A DNA stretch of 64,000 nucleotides from Octopus bimaculoides (lineage: Eukaryota). The position numbers and the translations under genes are program-made. Location: NCBI RefSeq assembly GCF_001194135.2, contig NC_068986.1, positions 11,342,959-11,406,958 on the forward strand. Direction: 5' to 3'. Below are positions 49,243-62,730 of this stretch, piece after piece. Numbering within the stretch: the first letter of the stretch is position 1; every line of letters starts with the position of its first letter. Below the pieces are notes generated by a model. It was not told the origin of the DNA. It worked only from the letters and a program-made list of their open reading frames with translations, and searched no databases.

Positions 49243-50081
49243 NNNNNNNNNNNNNNNNNNNNNNNNNNNNNNNNNNNNNNNNNNNNNNNNNNNNNNNNNN
49301 NNNNNNNNNNNNNNNNNNNNNNNNNNNNNNNNNNNNNNNNNNNNNNNNNNNNNNNNNNNNNNNNNNNNNNNNNNNNNNNNNNNNNNNNNNNNNNNNNNNN
49401 NNNNNNNNNNNNNNNNNNNNNNNNNNNNNNNNNNNNNNNNNNNNNNNNNNNNNNNNNNNNNNNNNNNNNNNNNNNNNNNNNNNNNNNNNNNNNNNNNNNN
49501 NNNNNNNNNNNNNNNNNNNNNNNNNNNNNNNNNNNNNNNNNNNNNNNNNNNNNNNNNNNNNNNNNNNNNNNNNNNNNNNNNNNNNNNNNNNNNNNNNNNN
49601 NNNNNNNNNNNNNNNNNNNNNNNNNNNNNNNNNNNNNNNNNNNNNNNNNNNNNNNNNNNNNNNNNNNNNNNNNNNNNNNNNNNNNNNNNNNNNNNNNNNN
49701 NNNNNNNNNNNNNNNNNNNNNNNNNNNNNNNNNNNNNNNNNNNNNNNNNNNNNNNNNNNNNNNNNNNNNNNNNNNNNNNNNNNNNNNNNNNNNNNNNNNN
49801 NNNNNNNNNNNNNNNNNNNNNNNNNNNNNNNNNNNNNNNNNNNNNNNNNNNNNNNNNNNNNNNNNNNNNNNNNNNNNNNNNNNNNNNNNNNNNNNNNNNN
49901 NNNNNNNNNNNNNNNNNNNNNNNNNNNNNNNNNNNNNNNNNNNNNNNNNNNNNNNNNNNNNNNNNNNNNNNNNNNNNNNNNNNNNNNNNNNNNNNNNNNN
50001 NNNNNNNNNNNNNNNNNNNNNNNNNNNNNNNNNNNNNNNNNNNNNNNNNNNNNNNNNNNNNNNNNNNNNNNNNNNNNNNNN

Positions 50082-50195
50082 CTCTAGGTGAGGGTCCAAG
50101 TTGGAGATCCATATACAAGCACAGATTCCACAACTGCTCTGAAGAACTGTCTCTTCAATTTATCTGGTAAGGTTGACTTCCGCATTGTTCTAAGA
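50082..50195 (-). mobile_element. RTE-clade RT C-terminal fragment
   Basis: Minus strand reads KSTLPDKLKRQFFRAVVESVLVYGSPTWTLT. Confidence 0.75.
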
Positions 50196-51559
50196 CCGTC
50201 CACACCCCTGATTTTGATACAAAATTTTTCCCTCTATAGTTTTAGTTTCGTCCTGTGTATAATAAGTCACACTCTAACTTTCTCTGTTAAAAAAGTATAG
50301 AATAGTATGATTCCATGAGTATGTGTGGTGAAGATATCCCTTGGGGCTAGATGCATTTAGAATGTCTTACAAATCTTAAAGACTTGAGGTTACATAAACC
50401 ATTTAGGGAATCACTAAATTTGCTAGAAATAACTACTTAAATTAGTACAGATCACATCAGGTAAATAGCCCTAGGTATATGATGTTTTGAAAAACAATGT
50501 TGGAATACTTAGGGTTGGCTTGTGGCTAAATTACAGCTCCAACAGCAGCATGGGGTATATCTTAATCTAAGATATATCACAATCTGTTAATTTTACTTAA
50601 ATGTCAAGTTGTGGTTTTATTTTTCTATAGACTTGTTGAACCTGTAATTAAGTTTGTTGGGTATAATGATGTATTATGTATCTTTTTTTTTTTGTCTTTT
50701 AGAAACAAATTAATATTACATATTTTCATGTGTACATAGTATGAATAGAATTACATGGGACATATGAAAGTGAAGCAGATGTTGATAACAGTTGGGGAGC
50801 AAAAATGATTTCAACTTCCATCTGGTACTCACTTTCGGTTCCCATTCACATTGCCTCTGTATCAACACTTAATTTTAAAATATTAAAAAAACTCTAATCT
50901 ACTTCCTCCTCCACCACAGACATGTATTGAAAACTATATACTTTCAATAATCAATTTAGATATCCTTGCAAAATACTTTTTTCTAAGATTATCTACATAT
51001 CAAGAAACTAACCAGTCACCCGATCATTTATTAATCAAGTGAATATGTAAGTCAGGCTGACTTTGTTACCAAGAAACTGGATAGGTAACTGGTTGTGAAT
51101 GCTAAGTCTTTTCCCAACTTAGAGTAGTGATTCATGGATCTTGGGTTAAAAGGCAGACAGATTTAGAGAGACAAGACACAAGTCCTCATTTAAAAGCCCA
51201 TTTTCTACTCTGGCATAGGCTGGTTGTTTGATAGGATCGAGTGAGCTGCAGGGCTGCACAGAGCTCTTATGTCAGGTTTGGCATGGTTTCTATGGCCTAA
51301 TGCCAGTGTAGGCTACATGCTTTTTTTTTTTTTTGTGCCACCAGCACTAGTGAATTTCAAATTTTTGTGCCACCAGCTCAGTAAATTTCAAAGCAAAACT
51401 TCTTGACTAAATGGAGTAGAGAGAGTATTGAGTTGGCTGGCTTTGTGCCTGCTGTTGAGAGGTTAAAGTTTGATAGAGGGACAAACACAGGTGTCTTGCT
51501 ATAGAGGAAATACTTGGCTACCCTGCATTTTATAAGGGTGGATGGCAGCAGCTAAGTGC

Positions 51560-53560
51560 CAGAACAAATCTGCAAGGTACAAAAAGTTGAGAATGAGAGA
51601 GTATACAAACAGTGGATGGCGGAGGGGGAAGAATGACAAATAGTTGGAGATGGAGGTGACTGGATAGAAAGATATAAAAGCTGAAAGGCCCTCTCAATAG
51701 GGCACTGGTTAATGGAAATATTAGTGGATGCCTATGATAAAGAGGAAATAGATTTATAACTAAAGTTGTCTTGGATGCTCTAAAAGATAGTTTACTGTGA
51801 GCCACAGATTAGATCTGTGAATGGAACATGGTTCCAGCCAGATGGAAAATGACATAGTAGTGGAATAGCCAACTAGATGGAGCAATAAAGACTAAAAGAC
51901 AGTAAGAAAAAGTTGGAGGAAGGAGTGAAACAAGGAGCAATATTTGGGAAGCAAGAAAATAGGTCTGATGTCGGGTATTCTTAGTAAGAGAGGAAAAGAA
52001 AGAGGAAAATAAGGGTTTTGTCAAGGTTTACAATGTGCGAGTCAGAAGAATGAAGTACTTTGGATTTCAAAGAAGTATATCAGTCTAGATCAAGACACCC
52101 TTAGTATTAAGGTGCCTACAGAATGATAGTAGTGCATTTGCCCTCATGAATGCTGAGAAGAAAAAATATAGAATGTTGTTACGAGAAGGTGTGGCAGAGA
52201 ATTTATCCCACCCAAATAGAACCAACTGAGGGGACAGCTAGATGATTAAAAACACTATTAAGAATACCAGCAGAGAGAGCAGCTGGGCCTTCATGGATAA
52301 TTGCTGCAAGTTTTGAAAACATCTGGTAAAGTAAGACATACAGTGGTCATCCACTTAGCGAATCAGATAATACAGGGATGCATCGTACCCAATGGCTAGT
52401 TTTGCAGTATTACAATCATCATCATTGTTAACTTCTACTAGGGTAAAGATGATCTTCTTGGAAGATGCAACTACAGAAGTGTCAAATTGATGGACTAGGT
52501 CATAGGTTCTCAAAGTGGGCGCTATGCCCCCCCCTCCCCGTGGGCGTTGAGGTGGTCCAGTTGGGCACTGGTGCCTAAGAGGGTGGAGGCTGTAGAGAAA
52601 AAAGAGGTGTTGGGAGGAAGGCAGTGGATTGGGGATGCTATGAATTTATTACAATATTATTATAGTATTGTATATAAATTATATAATATATTAAATATTA
52701 AATGATTCATAGTATATATATGAATTAGTAAAATATAAAATATTTTTTTATACATAAAAATAGGGGTGGGGGTGCTGAGGCTATTATGTGGCCATGAGGC
52801 CCAGAAAGTTTGAGAACCTCTGGACTAGATTATTGAAGAAACAAATTAGATTAGATGCAATTTGTGTTTATGCCTGATCAGACTGCCACCAATACCCTGT
52901 TCCTAGTGGGATAACTACAGAAGTTCTTAGCTAAGAATGAGCCATTATACCTACCTAACATTCTTTACCCTGGAGAAGGCTTTTCCTTAATTGTTTTTTA
53001 GTCTGTTGGTTGCTAAGAAAACTGGATGTAGATTATATGTCATGTGGGAACTGTGTAAGCCATATGCAAAAATGCAATCAGTAAGGTGAGGGAGTTAGCT
53101 ATGAGTTCAATGAAGAATTTAACATGTAGGTTGCTGTTCCTTTGGGCTCAGTCCTCAACTCCTCTGAGCCACATCAAAGGAATCTAAAGCTGACTGTTAT
53201 GGGAATTTGTTTTTGTCAATGACCAAGTTCTCACCATTAAATCTGTAGAAGAATTAGAAAAGAAACTTGTTGAAGTAAAACTTAGATTCAAATAATCTCC
53301 TGAATAAGAGGGAAATAACCTCAGGGAAGTGGATGTCAGAGGAATTGGTTGTAATGTGCAAGAGAGGACTGCACTTGGATGCACATCTAATGCACATAGT
53401 AGATCAGGGGATAAAGAATTACAATGTGATTCAAATGGAAGGAGACAAGATGTGGTGAAAGCTGATGAAAGAGATGATGACAAGGGACTATGAGAAATGG
53501 TGAGATGGGCTGGAGACCACCTGTCCAAGCCATGTTAGCATGGAAAGCAGATGAACGGCA
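51560..53560 (+). mobile_element. Long decayed RTE LINE (linker, RT, deleted C-terminus, C tail) split by a hAT MITE
   Basis: Remnants such as WNSQLDGAI, VLKTSGK..ANQIIQG, GKDDLLGRCNYRSVKLMD, LQKFLAKNEPLYL, LEKAF and SGKW, in RTE order. Confidence 0.75.
52501..52822. mobile_element. hAT (Charlie/Buster-like) MITE
   Basis: TIR CATAGGTTCTCAAA / (rc) CAGAGGTTCTCAAA; 8-bp TSD GACTAGGT/GACTAGAT. Confidence 0.9.
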
Positions 53561-53859
53561 GTGTTACTGAAGGAACTACTAAACACAGACGTATTAAAGT
53601 TCATATGTGTAATGTAGAGTGTTGAGAAAACCACTTTGTAGATAAGGTAAGGTTTTGTATGGTATATAGGGAATTGAGAAGGTTTGTTCAACTGAGAATT
53701 ATCCAATCGATCAGTTGTCAAAATATCTGGGTGAAGTAGGGGTGGGATTAAAAATTTCTAAAAATAAATATAGAAAAATCACAAGGGAGATAACTCCTGT
53801 AAGATTAGTTGATTGAAATACTTTGGGCCGATTTGGACAATGCAAATTGGAGCGGCTTT

Positions 53860-54045
53860 TGTCTTTGTAGCCATCTGATAAAGCACCCTATCTGTAAAGT
53901 GGTTGGCATTAGGAGAGGCATCCATCTATAGAAACTATGCCAAAGCAGACGTTTGGTGCATGGCACTGGACTTGTTGGACCTTGTCTCAGACCGTCAAAC
54001 CCATACCAGCATGGAAGGCAGATGTTAAATGATGATGATGATAGA
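53860..54045 (+). mobile_element. SINE/RTE 3' tail (module C)
   Basis: GTGGTTGGCATTAGGAGAGGCATCC..CCAGCATGGAAGGCAGATGTTAAA(TGA)n. Confidence 0.8.
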
Positions 54046-54522
54046 TGTGTGTTTACATTTGCAGTTCTCTGAAAGTCACTTGGCTATGGGTGGTAATATT
54101 TCTCTCATTCCCTCTGTCAACAAATATCTGCTGGCTTTATGCTTTGAAGATGTGTGGAAATATGATATCCCTGTAAAAGGGGGTGAATATAATGAATGGA
54201 GAACAAGTAGTGAATGGGGGATAAGGAAGGTAGGGGGTGAAGAGCAACAGAGTAAAGTTGATTCAGTAGACAGGGGGACAGAGAGAGTGGGGAGGGGAGA
54301 GAAAGAGATAAAGAGAGATGTGGTTGGGTAGGTTGCTAGAGTGTGGTGGGGAACAGGTTTCTGCAAATAGATGGAATTCCATTTACCAAGTTTCTCTCAG
54401 AATTCATTGGCATTTGTCAACCTGAGGTTCTTGGTAGAAAGACACCTTTGCTCAAGGTTTTCCTCAGAAACCAGATGGTTGTGAAACAAAGTTTGTAACC
54501 ATGCTGCCATCCTGCAACCAAT

Positions 54523-55271
54523 NNNNNNNNNNNNNNNNNNNNNNNNNNNNNNNNNNNNNNNNNNNNNNNNNNNNNNNNNNNNNNNNNNNNNNNNNNNNNN
54601 NNNNNNNNNNNNNNNNNNNNNNNNNNNNNNNNNNNNNNNNNNNNNNNNNNNNNNNNNNNNNNNNNNNNNNNNNNNNNNNNNNNNNNNNNNNNNNNNNNNN
54701 NNNNNNNNNNNNNNNNNNNNNNNNNNNNNNNNNNNNNNNNNNNNNNNNNNNNNNNNNNNNNNNNNNNNNNNNNNNNNNNNNNNNNNNNNNNNNNNNNNNN
54801 NNNNNNNNNNNNNNNNNNNNNNNNNNNNNNNNNNNNNNNNNNNNNNNNNNNNNNNNNNNNNNNNNNNNNNNNNNNNNNNNNNNNNNNNNNNNNNNNNNNN
54901 NNNNNNNNNNNNNNNNNNNNNNNNNNNNNNNNNNNNNNNNNNNNNNNNNNNNNNNNNNNNNNNNNNNNNNNNNNNNNNNNNNNNNNNNNNNNNNNNNNNN
55001 NNNNNNNNNNNNNNNNNNNNNNNNNNNNNNNNNNNNNNNNNNNNNNNNNNNNNNNNNNNNNNNNNNNNNNNNNNNNNNNNNNNNNNNNNNNNNNNNNNNN
55101 NNNNNNNNNNNNNNNNNNNNNNNNNNNNNNNNNNNNNNNNNNNNNNNNNNNNNNNNNNNNNNNNNNNNNNNNNNNNNNNNNNNNNNNNNNNNNNNNNNNN
55201 NNNNNNNNNNNNNNNNNNNNNNNNNNNNNNNNNNNNNNNNNNNNNNNNNNNNNNNNNNNNNNNNNNNNNNN
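54523..55271. other. Assembly gap (other gaps: 1520-1800, 2829-3469, 17875-17912, 44212-44331, 46818-46887, 49243-50081, 60035-60261)
   Basis: N runs, most of them abutting microsatellites or young repeats. Confidence 1.
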
Positions 55272-55614
55272 ATATATATATATATAGCATTGGTATCTTC
55301 CCTGAAGTTATTGAGAGGCCCCCTTCCTAGTCACCCTAGTCAAAATCCTGCTCTAGATGACTTGATGCCTCTGCCAGAAGATAAGAGTGTAAATATTGTC
55401 TCTGGAGATGCTTAAGATTTTACAAGTGACAAACAATACAGAACTCTCTCAACACACACACTGACTTACTTACTAAAAATAAAAAACAAAATAACAGTTG
55501 TCACTTTTGATAAGCACATAATGTCTCTGTGTTTAGTGGAAGAGCAAAAGGAAGTGACTTTAATGGTTTATGCTCTTTACATAGACTGAGTTGTTGGAGA
55601 AGCTTGATATTCAT

Positions 55615-56300
55615 AGATCATCATCATCATCATCATCGCTATCATTTTAATGGCTATTTTTCTATGCTTACATGAGTCTGATGGAATTTACTGAGGCAGA
55701 TTTTCTATGGCTGGATGTCCTTTCTGCCACCAACCTTCACTTGTTCCCGAGTAAAGTAATATTTTACCCCAGGCCAAGGCGGTGAGCTGGCAGAAATGTT
55801 AGCATGCCAGGCGAAATGCTTAGCAGCATTTCGTCTGCCGTTACGTTCTGAGTTCAAATTCCACTAAGGTTGACTTTGCCTTTCATCCTTTCAGGGTCAA
55901 TTAAATAAGTACCAGTTACGCACTGGGGTCAGTGTAATCGACTTAATCCCTTTGTCTGTCCTTGTTTGCCCCCTCTATGTTTAGCCCCTTGCGGGCAATA
56001 AAGAAATAAGAAATGTTAGCATGCCAGGCGAAATGCTTAGCGGTATTTCATCTGACTTTATCGTTCTGGCTTCAAATTCTGCTGAGGTCGACTTTGACTT
56101 TCATCCTTCTGGGGGCCCAGTTGTGTACTGGGGTTGATCTAATCGACTGGCCCCCATCCCCAAAATTTCAGGCCTTGTGCCTAGAATAGAAAATAATATT
56201 TGCCCCAAGCCGGACCTGTTTCATAGAAGACCAGACAAACAACATAGTTTGTATGACGGTGATACTTATTTACAGCCATTACATGGTGACATCATCAACA
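55615..56300 (-). mobile_element. Module E SINE split by an OK dimer
   Basis: E module at 55615-55775, resuming at 56194. Confidence 0.75.
55776..56193 (+). mobile_element. Head-to-tail dimer of OK-like SINEs inserted as one unit
   Basis: Monomer 2 starts near 56011 at AAATGTTAGCATGCCAGGCG; ~18-19 bp TSD TAATATTT..CCCCA.GCC at 55757-55775 and 56194-56211. Confidence 0.85.
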
Positions 56301-58594
56301 TACTGGTGCATGCATGTGTGCACGCGAACACACACACACACACTTTCTCTCTCTCTCTCTCTCTCTGACATTCATATACAATGCCTGGGGCTGTAGTAGA
56401 AGACACAGGCCCAAAGTGTCATGAAGTGGAACTGAACCTAAAACCACATGGTCGGGAAGCTGACTTCCTAATCACCCAACCACACTTGCACCATGTTAAT
56501 AATGGTTTAAATGGTGTGGAGTGGTTCCAGTATAGGAACTGAGACCATTTTATCAATTTTCACAATTTGCTTCTTCTGTTCAACCCAGAGTTTGGAATCA
56601 ACATTAAAAAAAAAAAAAAAAACTTTTTCAGGGTGGTGGTTGGTGGATGAGATGTTGTGACATTCATGCATTTTCTGGAGTGTAAACAACGTAAAAGAAA
56701 TCAAATACTGGGACACAAGGAATGTGAAAGGAAAGTTATGGACTGCTGATTACAGACCTGGGTGTTTTTACTACTACTACTACTACTACTACAATAGACA
56801 TGATGGTGTAGCTTTGAACAAACTATGGATACCCTTCTTGCTCCCATTTGCCTGACTAAAAACTATAACAGATACCACAACAGCTTCACAGTCAAGTGCT
56901 TTAGCAGTTGTTTGGAAGGACATTTAGCTGGAGAAGAAACTGCTTTAACAAGAACCGTCCTTGGTGTGCATGCAAGCCTAGAAGACAAAGGTAGAATGGG
57001 GTTGGAAAGGAAGAGGTGGGGAAGAATATGATTGGGATTTCATCATTGTTGAGCAGAAATAATGTTTGACCACTGAATTAAAACTTTTAAAATTTCAAGT
57101 CTTTTACTGCAAGAAAAGTATTGATATGATGTGGATTTCTTCTCATAAAACCAACAGTAAATTTATATTAAAATGGGGGGGGGGGGGGGAATTTTCCCCC
57201 ATCATCATCATCGTCGTCATCATCTAATGTCTGTTTTCCATGCCAGCATAGGTGCTTCAGTAACATTTGCCAGTGGTTTAGGAGAATTGGTAGAGCACTG
57301 CACAAAATCTTCTGCGGTTATTTGATTTTAGTCTTGAGGTGCAGGCGTAGCTGTGTGTTTATGAAACTCAATTCTTCTCTATTTGACTTCAATTTGAGTT
57401 CAATCTTACTGTGCAGTAACCTTGGGCAAGTGTTATTGATTATTGTCCTGGGCTGACCAAAACCTTATGAATTGACTTGAAAGACAGAATCTGGAAGAAA
57501 CTTGCTGTACATGCATGTTTACATCTGTGCTGCTCCAAAAGTTTTTGAACTATACAAGTGGCAGCATTGTTGTTCCTTTGTCAACAAATTGTCTGTTGGC
57601 TTTGGTTCCTTTGATGTGTGAAATAAGAGATATCTTAGGGGGCAACCATAATACATTCATCTGACCCATATTGGCATGGAAAACAATCAAACATCTGTTC
57701 TGATTTCAGATCCCACTTAGGTTGGCATGGTCTTTCATCCCCTGAAATTTGATAAAATAAGTACCATTTTACAAGTATTTGATTTAATTGACTAAAACCC
57801 TTGATGGTGATGCTCCAGCAGGGCTATAGCCCAATGATTGAAACCACTAAAAGAGTAAAACAATGTTATTCAGAATCAACCTTTTTTTATTTTTTTTATT
57901 AAATCAATCAATTTTTGAGTTAGTTGATCTAAATAGCTTATTAGCCTTAGATAATATCTTTTGTATTTAGTTCTCCATTCAAATCTCAGAAACTGATGAA
58001 ATAAGTACCAGTAATATATGTGGTAGATACCATTCATTATACATCGTATATGGCCTTATGCTGAAGCAAGGAATCAATTGCTAAATATTTTCCCTTGTAA
58101 ATTAATTTTTCTCTTTTTTTCTTAGAAAATGTTTTGTTTCTGATTCACTTGCAATAACTGAGTTACTTCCCTTCGTCTGTATCTCTAAACTGCAGCTTTG
58201 TATTTGGTTGAAAGATTTGAACCAAATTCCAATAGCTTTAATCAAACTAAAGAAACGGTTTGTTTTCATGGACTGATTGTAGGGTTGACACATTTTTTAT
58301 GTAGTAAATGCAAGTAAAAAAAATTTCAAAAACAATTTTTTTTTTCCCCCTACTATTTTAATTTTTTCCCCAAATATTTGTAGATAATCAATCAATGATC
58401 TGGTTTAGATTTGCAATAATATTGATTTATTTCAATCAGTAACAGATATGGCAAAAGCATTCGTTTAACTTCCTACTCATCTACCTCTTTCCAATATTCC
58501 TGACATCATAATGAAGACAGTGGAAAACCTTTCTATCTGATATATCAAGATATATGGATATACTTGAAAAGAACCGGCTTTCACCGTTTTTCTT

Positions 58595-58975
58595 CTTCTT
58601 TTGTCTTTACTTGTTTCAGTCATTAGACTGCAGCCATGCTGGGGCACTGCTTTGAAGAATTTTATTCAAACAGACTGACCCCAGTACTTGTTATTTTTTT
58701 TTTTTAGGCTGGTACTTATTGTATCAGTCTATTTTGCCAAACTGCTAAGTTACGGGGGGTTTAAACCTACTGTTGTCAAGTGGTGATGGTGGTGGGGAAC
58801 AAATACACACACACACACACACACACACATATATGACAGACTTCTTTCAGTTTCCATCTGCAAGATGCACTCTCAAGCTATAGTAGTAGATACTTACCCT
58901 TGGTGCCACACAGTGAGACTGAACCTGGAACCATGTGTTTGGGAAATGAATTTCTTAACCACACAGCCATGTCTG
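58595..58975 (-). mobile_element. Full A+B SINE
   Basis: Reverse-complement homology to 48122-48490. Confidence 0.85.
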
Positions 58976-59169
58976 CACTTATATAAAAATGATATTAATG
59001 ACTCATGCCAATGGCACAAGACAATGAATTTAGGTGTGGGGAAGGCTTCTTCTTGATGAAATGGGCTCTTGCCCATTATGTGTTTTATTAGTTTCAGTTG
59101 GATGAAAAACAAATTCAACCCTATATTAATAAGGAACCCATCAAACCACTTGTGGCAGATATTGGCGTC

Positions 59170-59365
59170 ACACAACTGGCACCCGTGCTAGTGGCATGCA
59201 AAAGCACCCATTATACTCTCAGAGTGGTTGGCGTTAGGAAGGGCATCCGGCCGTAGAAACCATGCCAAATCAGACTGGAGTCTGGTGCAGCCCCTCAGCT
59301 CACCAGCCCTGGTCTATCCGTCCAACCCATGCCGGCATGGACAATGGATGTTAAATGATGATGAA
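59170..59365 (+). mobile_element. Young RTE-type 3' tail (module C)
   Basis: GTGGTTGGCGTTAGGAAGGGCATCCGGCCGTAGAAACC..CCCATGCCGGCATGG..GTTAAATGATGATG. Confidence 0.9.
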
Positions 59366-60469
59366 TGAATGCAAAGTATTTTGTACAAGTGCTTTACCAA
59401 TACTGGTATGTTGTTGTTCATTAAATAACTTAATAAATATAATTAATTTTGAAATAAATACCTGGTAGTTAGTTGAATTGTTAATTTTTTTGATCAAGTC
59501 CTTTATAAGACTTGCAGCTTTTTAGATTCCCCCCTCCTTCCTTTTGGTGTCATATCCGTGTTTCCATATGCTGTGTAGGTTTGAGACTTTGCTCTACAGC
59601 TAAAAGTCCTGCTACACCTTCTGTACTCAGTCAAGCTGAACTTCTGTCCACATAATTGTAAAATCTGTTTAGGGTAAACACGTGTGTGTGCTACACTGTG
59701 TGGAGACCGGCATCTGAAAGAAGAAACTTGTTTCCTCTGCATGTTGTAAAAGGCAACGAAATGCGGTTGAAGTAGGATTTGCACTCCAACCCTATAAAAC
59801 CCTTGCCATCAACGACTATCCAGACAGGTTGATATGCCTGAGTGGTGAAAAGGTGTCATTGGCCAGAAGCAGAGAATCACCAATAACTGGTGAAAGTGCT
59901 GTAGGTGTTTTGGCCTGTTCCATCAAGACACCAGTGCAGCAAACAAAACTCCCACACTTTTAGTTTGACATGCTATAGTGTTCACTGTTTTCAAAATAGT
60001 TTTTTTTTTCTTTTAATATATATATATATATATANNNNNNNNNNNNNNNNNNNNNNNNNNNNNNNNNNNNNNNNNNNNNNNNNNNNNNNNNNNNNNNNNN
60101 NNNNNNNNNNNNNNNNNNNNNNNNNNNNNNNNNNNNNNNNNNNNNNNNNNNNNNNNNNNNNNNNNNNNNNNNNNNNNNNNNNNNNNNNNNNNNNNNNNNN
60201 NNNNNNNNNNNNNNNNNNNNNNNNNNNNNNNNNNNNNNNNNNNNNNNNNNNNNNNNNNNNNGATTGGTGAATGCTAGCTTTTTAAAACTCTGTTGAACAT
60301 CAGCTAAATACAGCATTTGTACAAGTATTTTCAGTTTTTTTATCTGGATGGAACAATAATCTAGAGACATGTATATCCATTTCACAAAACTCCTCTTCTT
60401 CTCCTGCTATCATATTTTAATCTGTCAATATTTGGCTTAAGGCCACCTCCTTCAGTATTATATCCCCAG

Positions 60470-60705
60470 TCAGTTGAGGGATCTTGTTTTGCGAGTTACT
60501 TGGTGAACTCGTTAGAGCTGGTGCCATGTAGAAAGCATCCAGTACACTATGTACAGTGGGTGGCATTAGGAAGAGCATTTAGCCATAGAAACCATGCCAA
60601 AGCAGGCAGTGTGACATTGGAGCTGGGTGCAATCTGGCTCATTGGGTCTTGTTGAACTGTCCAACCCATGCCAGCATTGAGAATGGATGTTAAATGATGA
60701 TGGCA
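60470..60705 (+). mobile_element. SINE/RTE 3' tail (module C)
   Basis: GGCATTAGGAAGAGCATT..CCCATGCCAGCAT..GTTAAATGATGATG. Confidence 0.75.
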
Positions 60706-61854
60706 AGATTAGATTGGAAATGGTCTCTGTGTGTCAAAGTGAATAAAAAGTGAAATTACAATCATTTATGGCTCTACAAACAGTTTGCTTTTTTTAAATG
60801 CCACATGTGGTAATGACTTGAGATTTGGTTTGTGTCTTGTAAGACTGGCATACAGGGAAGAAATAAATATTTTTAATCCCAATTGCACCCATTGATCATT
60901 GAATGGTAAATGTGGTGCCATCCTGTTGACTGGTTTTCTTAATAGACAAATGAATATTTTTTTTTTGCTTTTGTTTTTTGTCACTCCCTGTATTCTTAGA
61001 ATTGATTAATTCATGTGAATTATGATGCCACAGAGTATGAAGTGCTGTTAGTCACTGTAGTCCATTCACATCGGACGGTGAAAACATTTCCTGCTTAAAA
61101 TATTGTACCAAGGAAACTTTCACTCTGTATCAAGGGAAGTAATCACACAATTTTTATTTTTCTCTAAGTTACTGCAAAAATAACATTTTTATTATATTTT
61201 CTTCAATTGAATTTTTATTGTTTTGCTAACCAAAGATAGCCACGGATAACTCAAGAGTTTTTCTATACAACATGTCACATATTCAGTTAACAGATTGTAG
61301 TCTTGGGAATTTGTTCAGTGTTTTTCTTCTTTGTTTGTCAGTTACCTCTTACCTTTTCTAACCCTTAACCAATGATGGTAGCCCTCTCCCCATAAAGTCA
61401 TCTTAACTGTGGTAGCTTTTGTTAATTCTTTTTTAGAAGTTAATTTTCATTTTATTAATATTCCTTCGGTCTTGCAAATCCTGCAGCTTCTCTTAACACA
61501 TCTGGCAGCACCCCAATTAGTAAGCATTTGGCTAGTAGCAATGAACAGATTCTAGTTACATGTCAAATTATGTAAATAGTTTAAGCCAACTTGGTGAAAC
61601 TTTGAAATACATGTTATATACTACGTATGTATCATCATCATCACCATTTTAATGTTCACTTCTCCGTGTTTATATTGGTCAAATGGAATTCATTGAAGCA
61701 GATTTTCTATTGCTGGATGCGTCCTTGTTGCCAACCTGCACCCGTATCCATGCAAGCTAATATTTCTCCTTGCCGAGACATGCTTTTAATGGAAGACTGG
61801 AAATGAATGACACTGCTTGTGTGACAGTGGCACTCATTTACAGCTATCATGTGC

Positions 61855-62730
61855 TAGGAGACCAAATTTGGGGGTAACATGATCATAGAAATTTTTGGCC
61901 ATCCACTTTTGGATTAGGCAGGCTGTGTGAGAAGGAGCAGATTCTTGCTGGGACATGTATGGCCTCTACCAAGCAACTGTCTCAATCCACGGCTTAAGAG
62001 TTGTTGCCATTATCTTAATGTAGGTTGCCACATTGATCCTAAGACCTTGTGGAAAAAGTGAGGAGGCATGAGATAGCTCTCATTGCTCGAAAACCATCAC
62101 AGACAATGAAAACTTGTGCATAATAACTGGGGACTTTAGTGGGGCTGGCATAGAGCCATCTGTCATTCCTCCTGTTCACTTGTCATAGGAACCAGAGCAT
62201 GTCAAGCTCCTCAGAGTGCATGAATTTGTGCAGTAAATGCTTTGACTGGGTCACATGGTTCTCCCAAGTCTTATTGGATATGAACTGTCCCCCTTTTGTT
62301 AATAAGAGATTTGTGCCTGATCTCTGTGCACCACATGTCTAATTGTTGACTCTGTTACATAGAAATGATTGGTAGTGGTCCTTATTGACTTGCTAGGATT
62401 CTCATTGATGATGTCTGACTGTTGAGAATGCTTTTTCCTTTTGGTCACAGAAGACATATTCCTGCCAAAGGTTAGCTCTTTTCTAATCTTAAACACAAAG
62501 GGCCTGGTGACATTTAAGAAGGTTGCAATCTCAGAATCAGTCTGGTTACCAGCTAAGGTGATGAGAATGTTATGCCTTGTCATCCGCATTAAGATTTGAC
62601 CCTTCCATGTTGGGGGCTGAAGAAAAAAATGTTTTTAATAAAAACAAAAAAACAAAAATAGGGGATGTTTAACATTTGGGCCACTTATGGTTCTTAAAAT
62701 GTCTTGTTTCCAAATTGCTGAGATATCCTG
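61855..62730 (-). pseudogene. Tc1/mariner (maT/DD37D-like) transposase remnant with probable 5' TIR
   Basis: RHNILITL..EIATFLNV..RKKHS..IINENPSKSIR..STIRHVVH..VNRRNDRW..MPPHFFPQGLRIN..LKPWIE..QQESAPSHTA; 5' end CAGGATATCTCAG at 62730. Confidence 0.85.
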
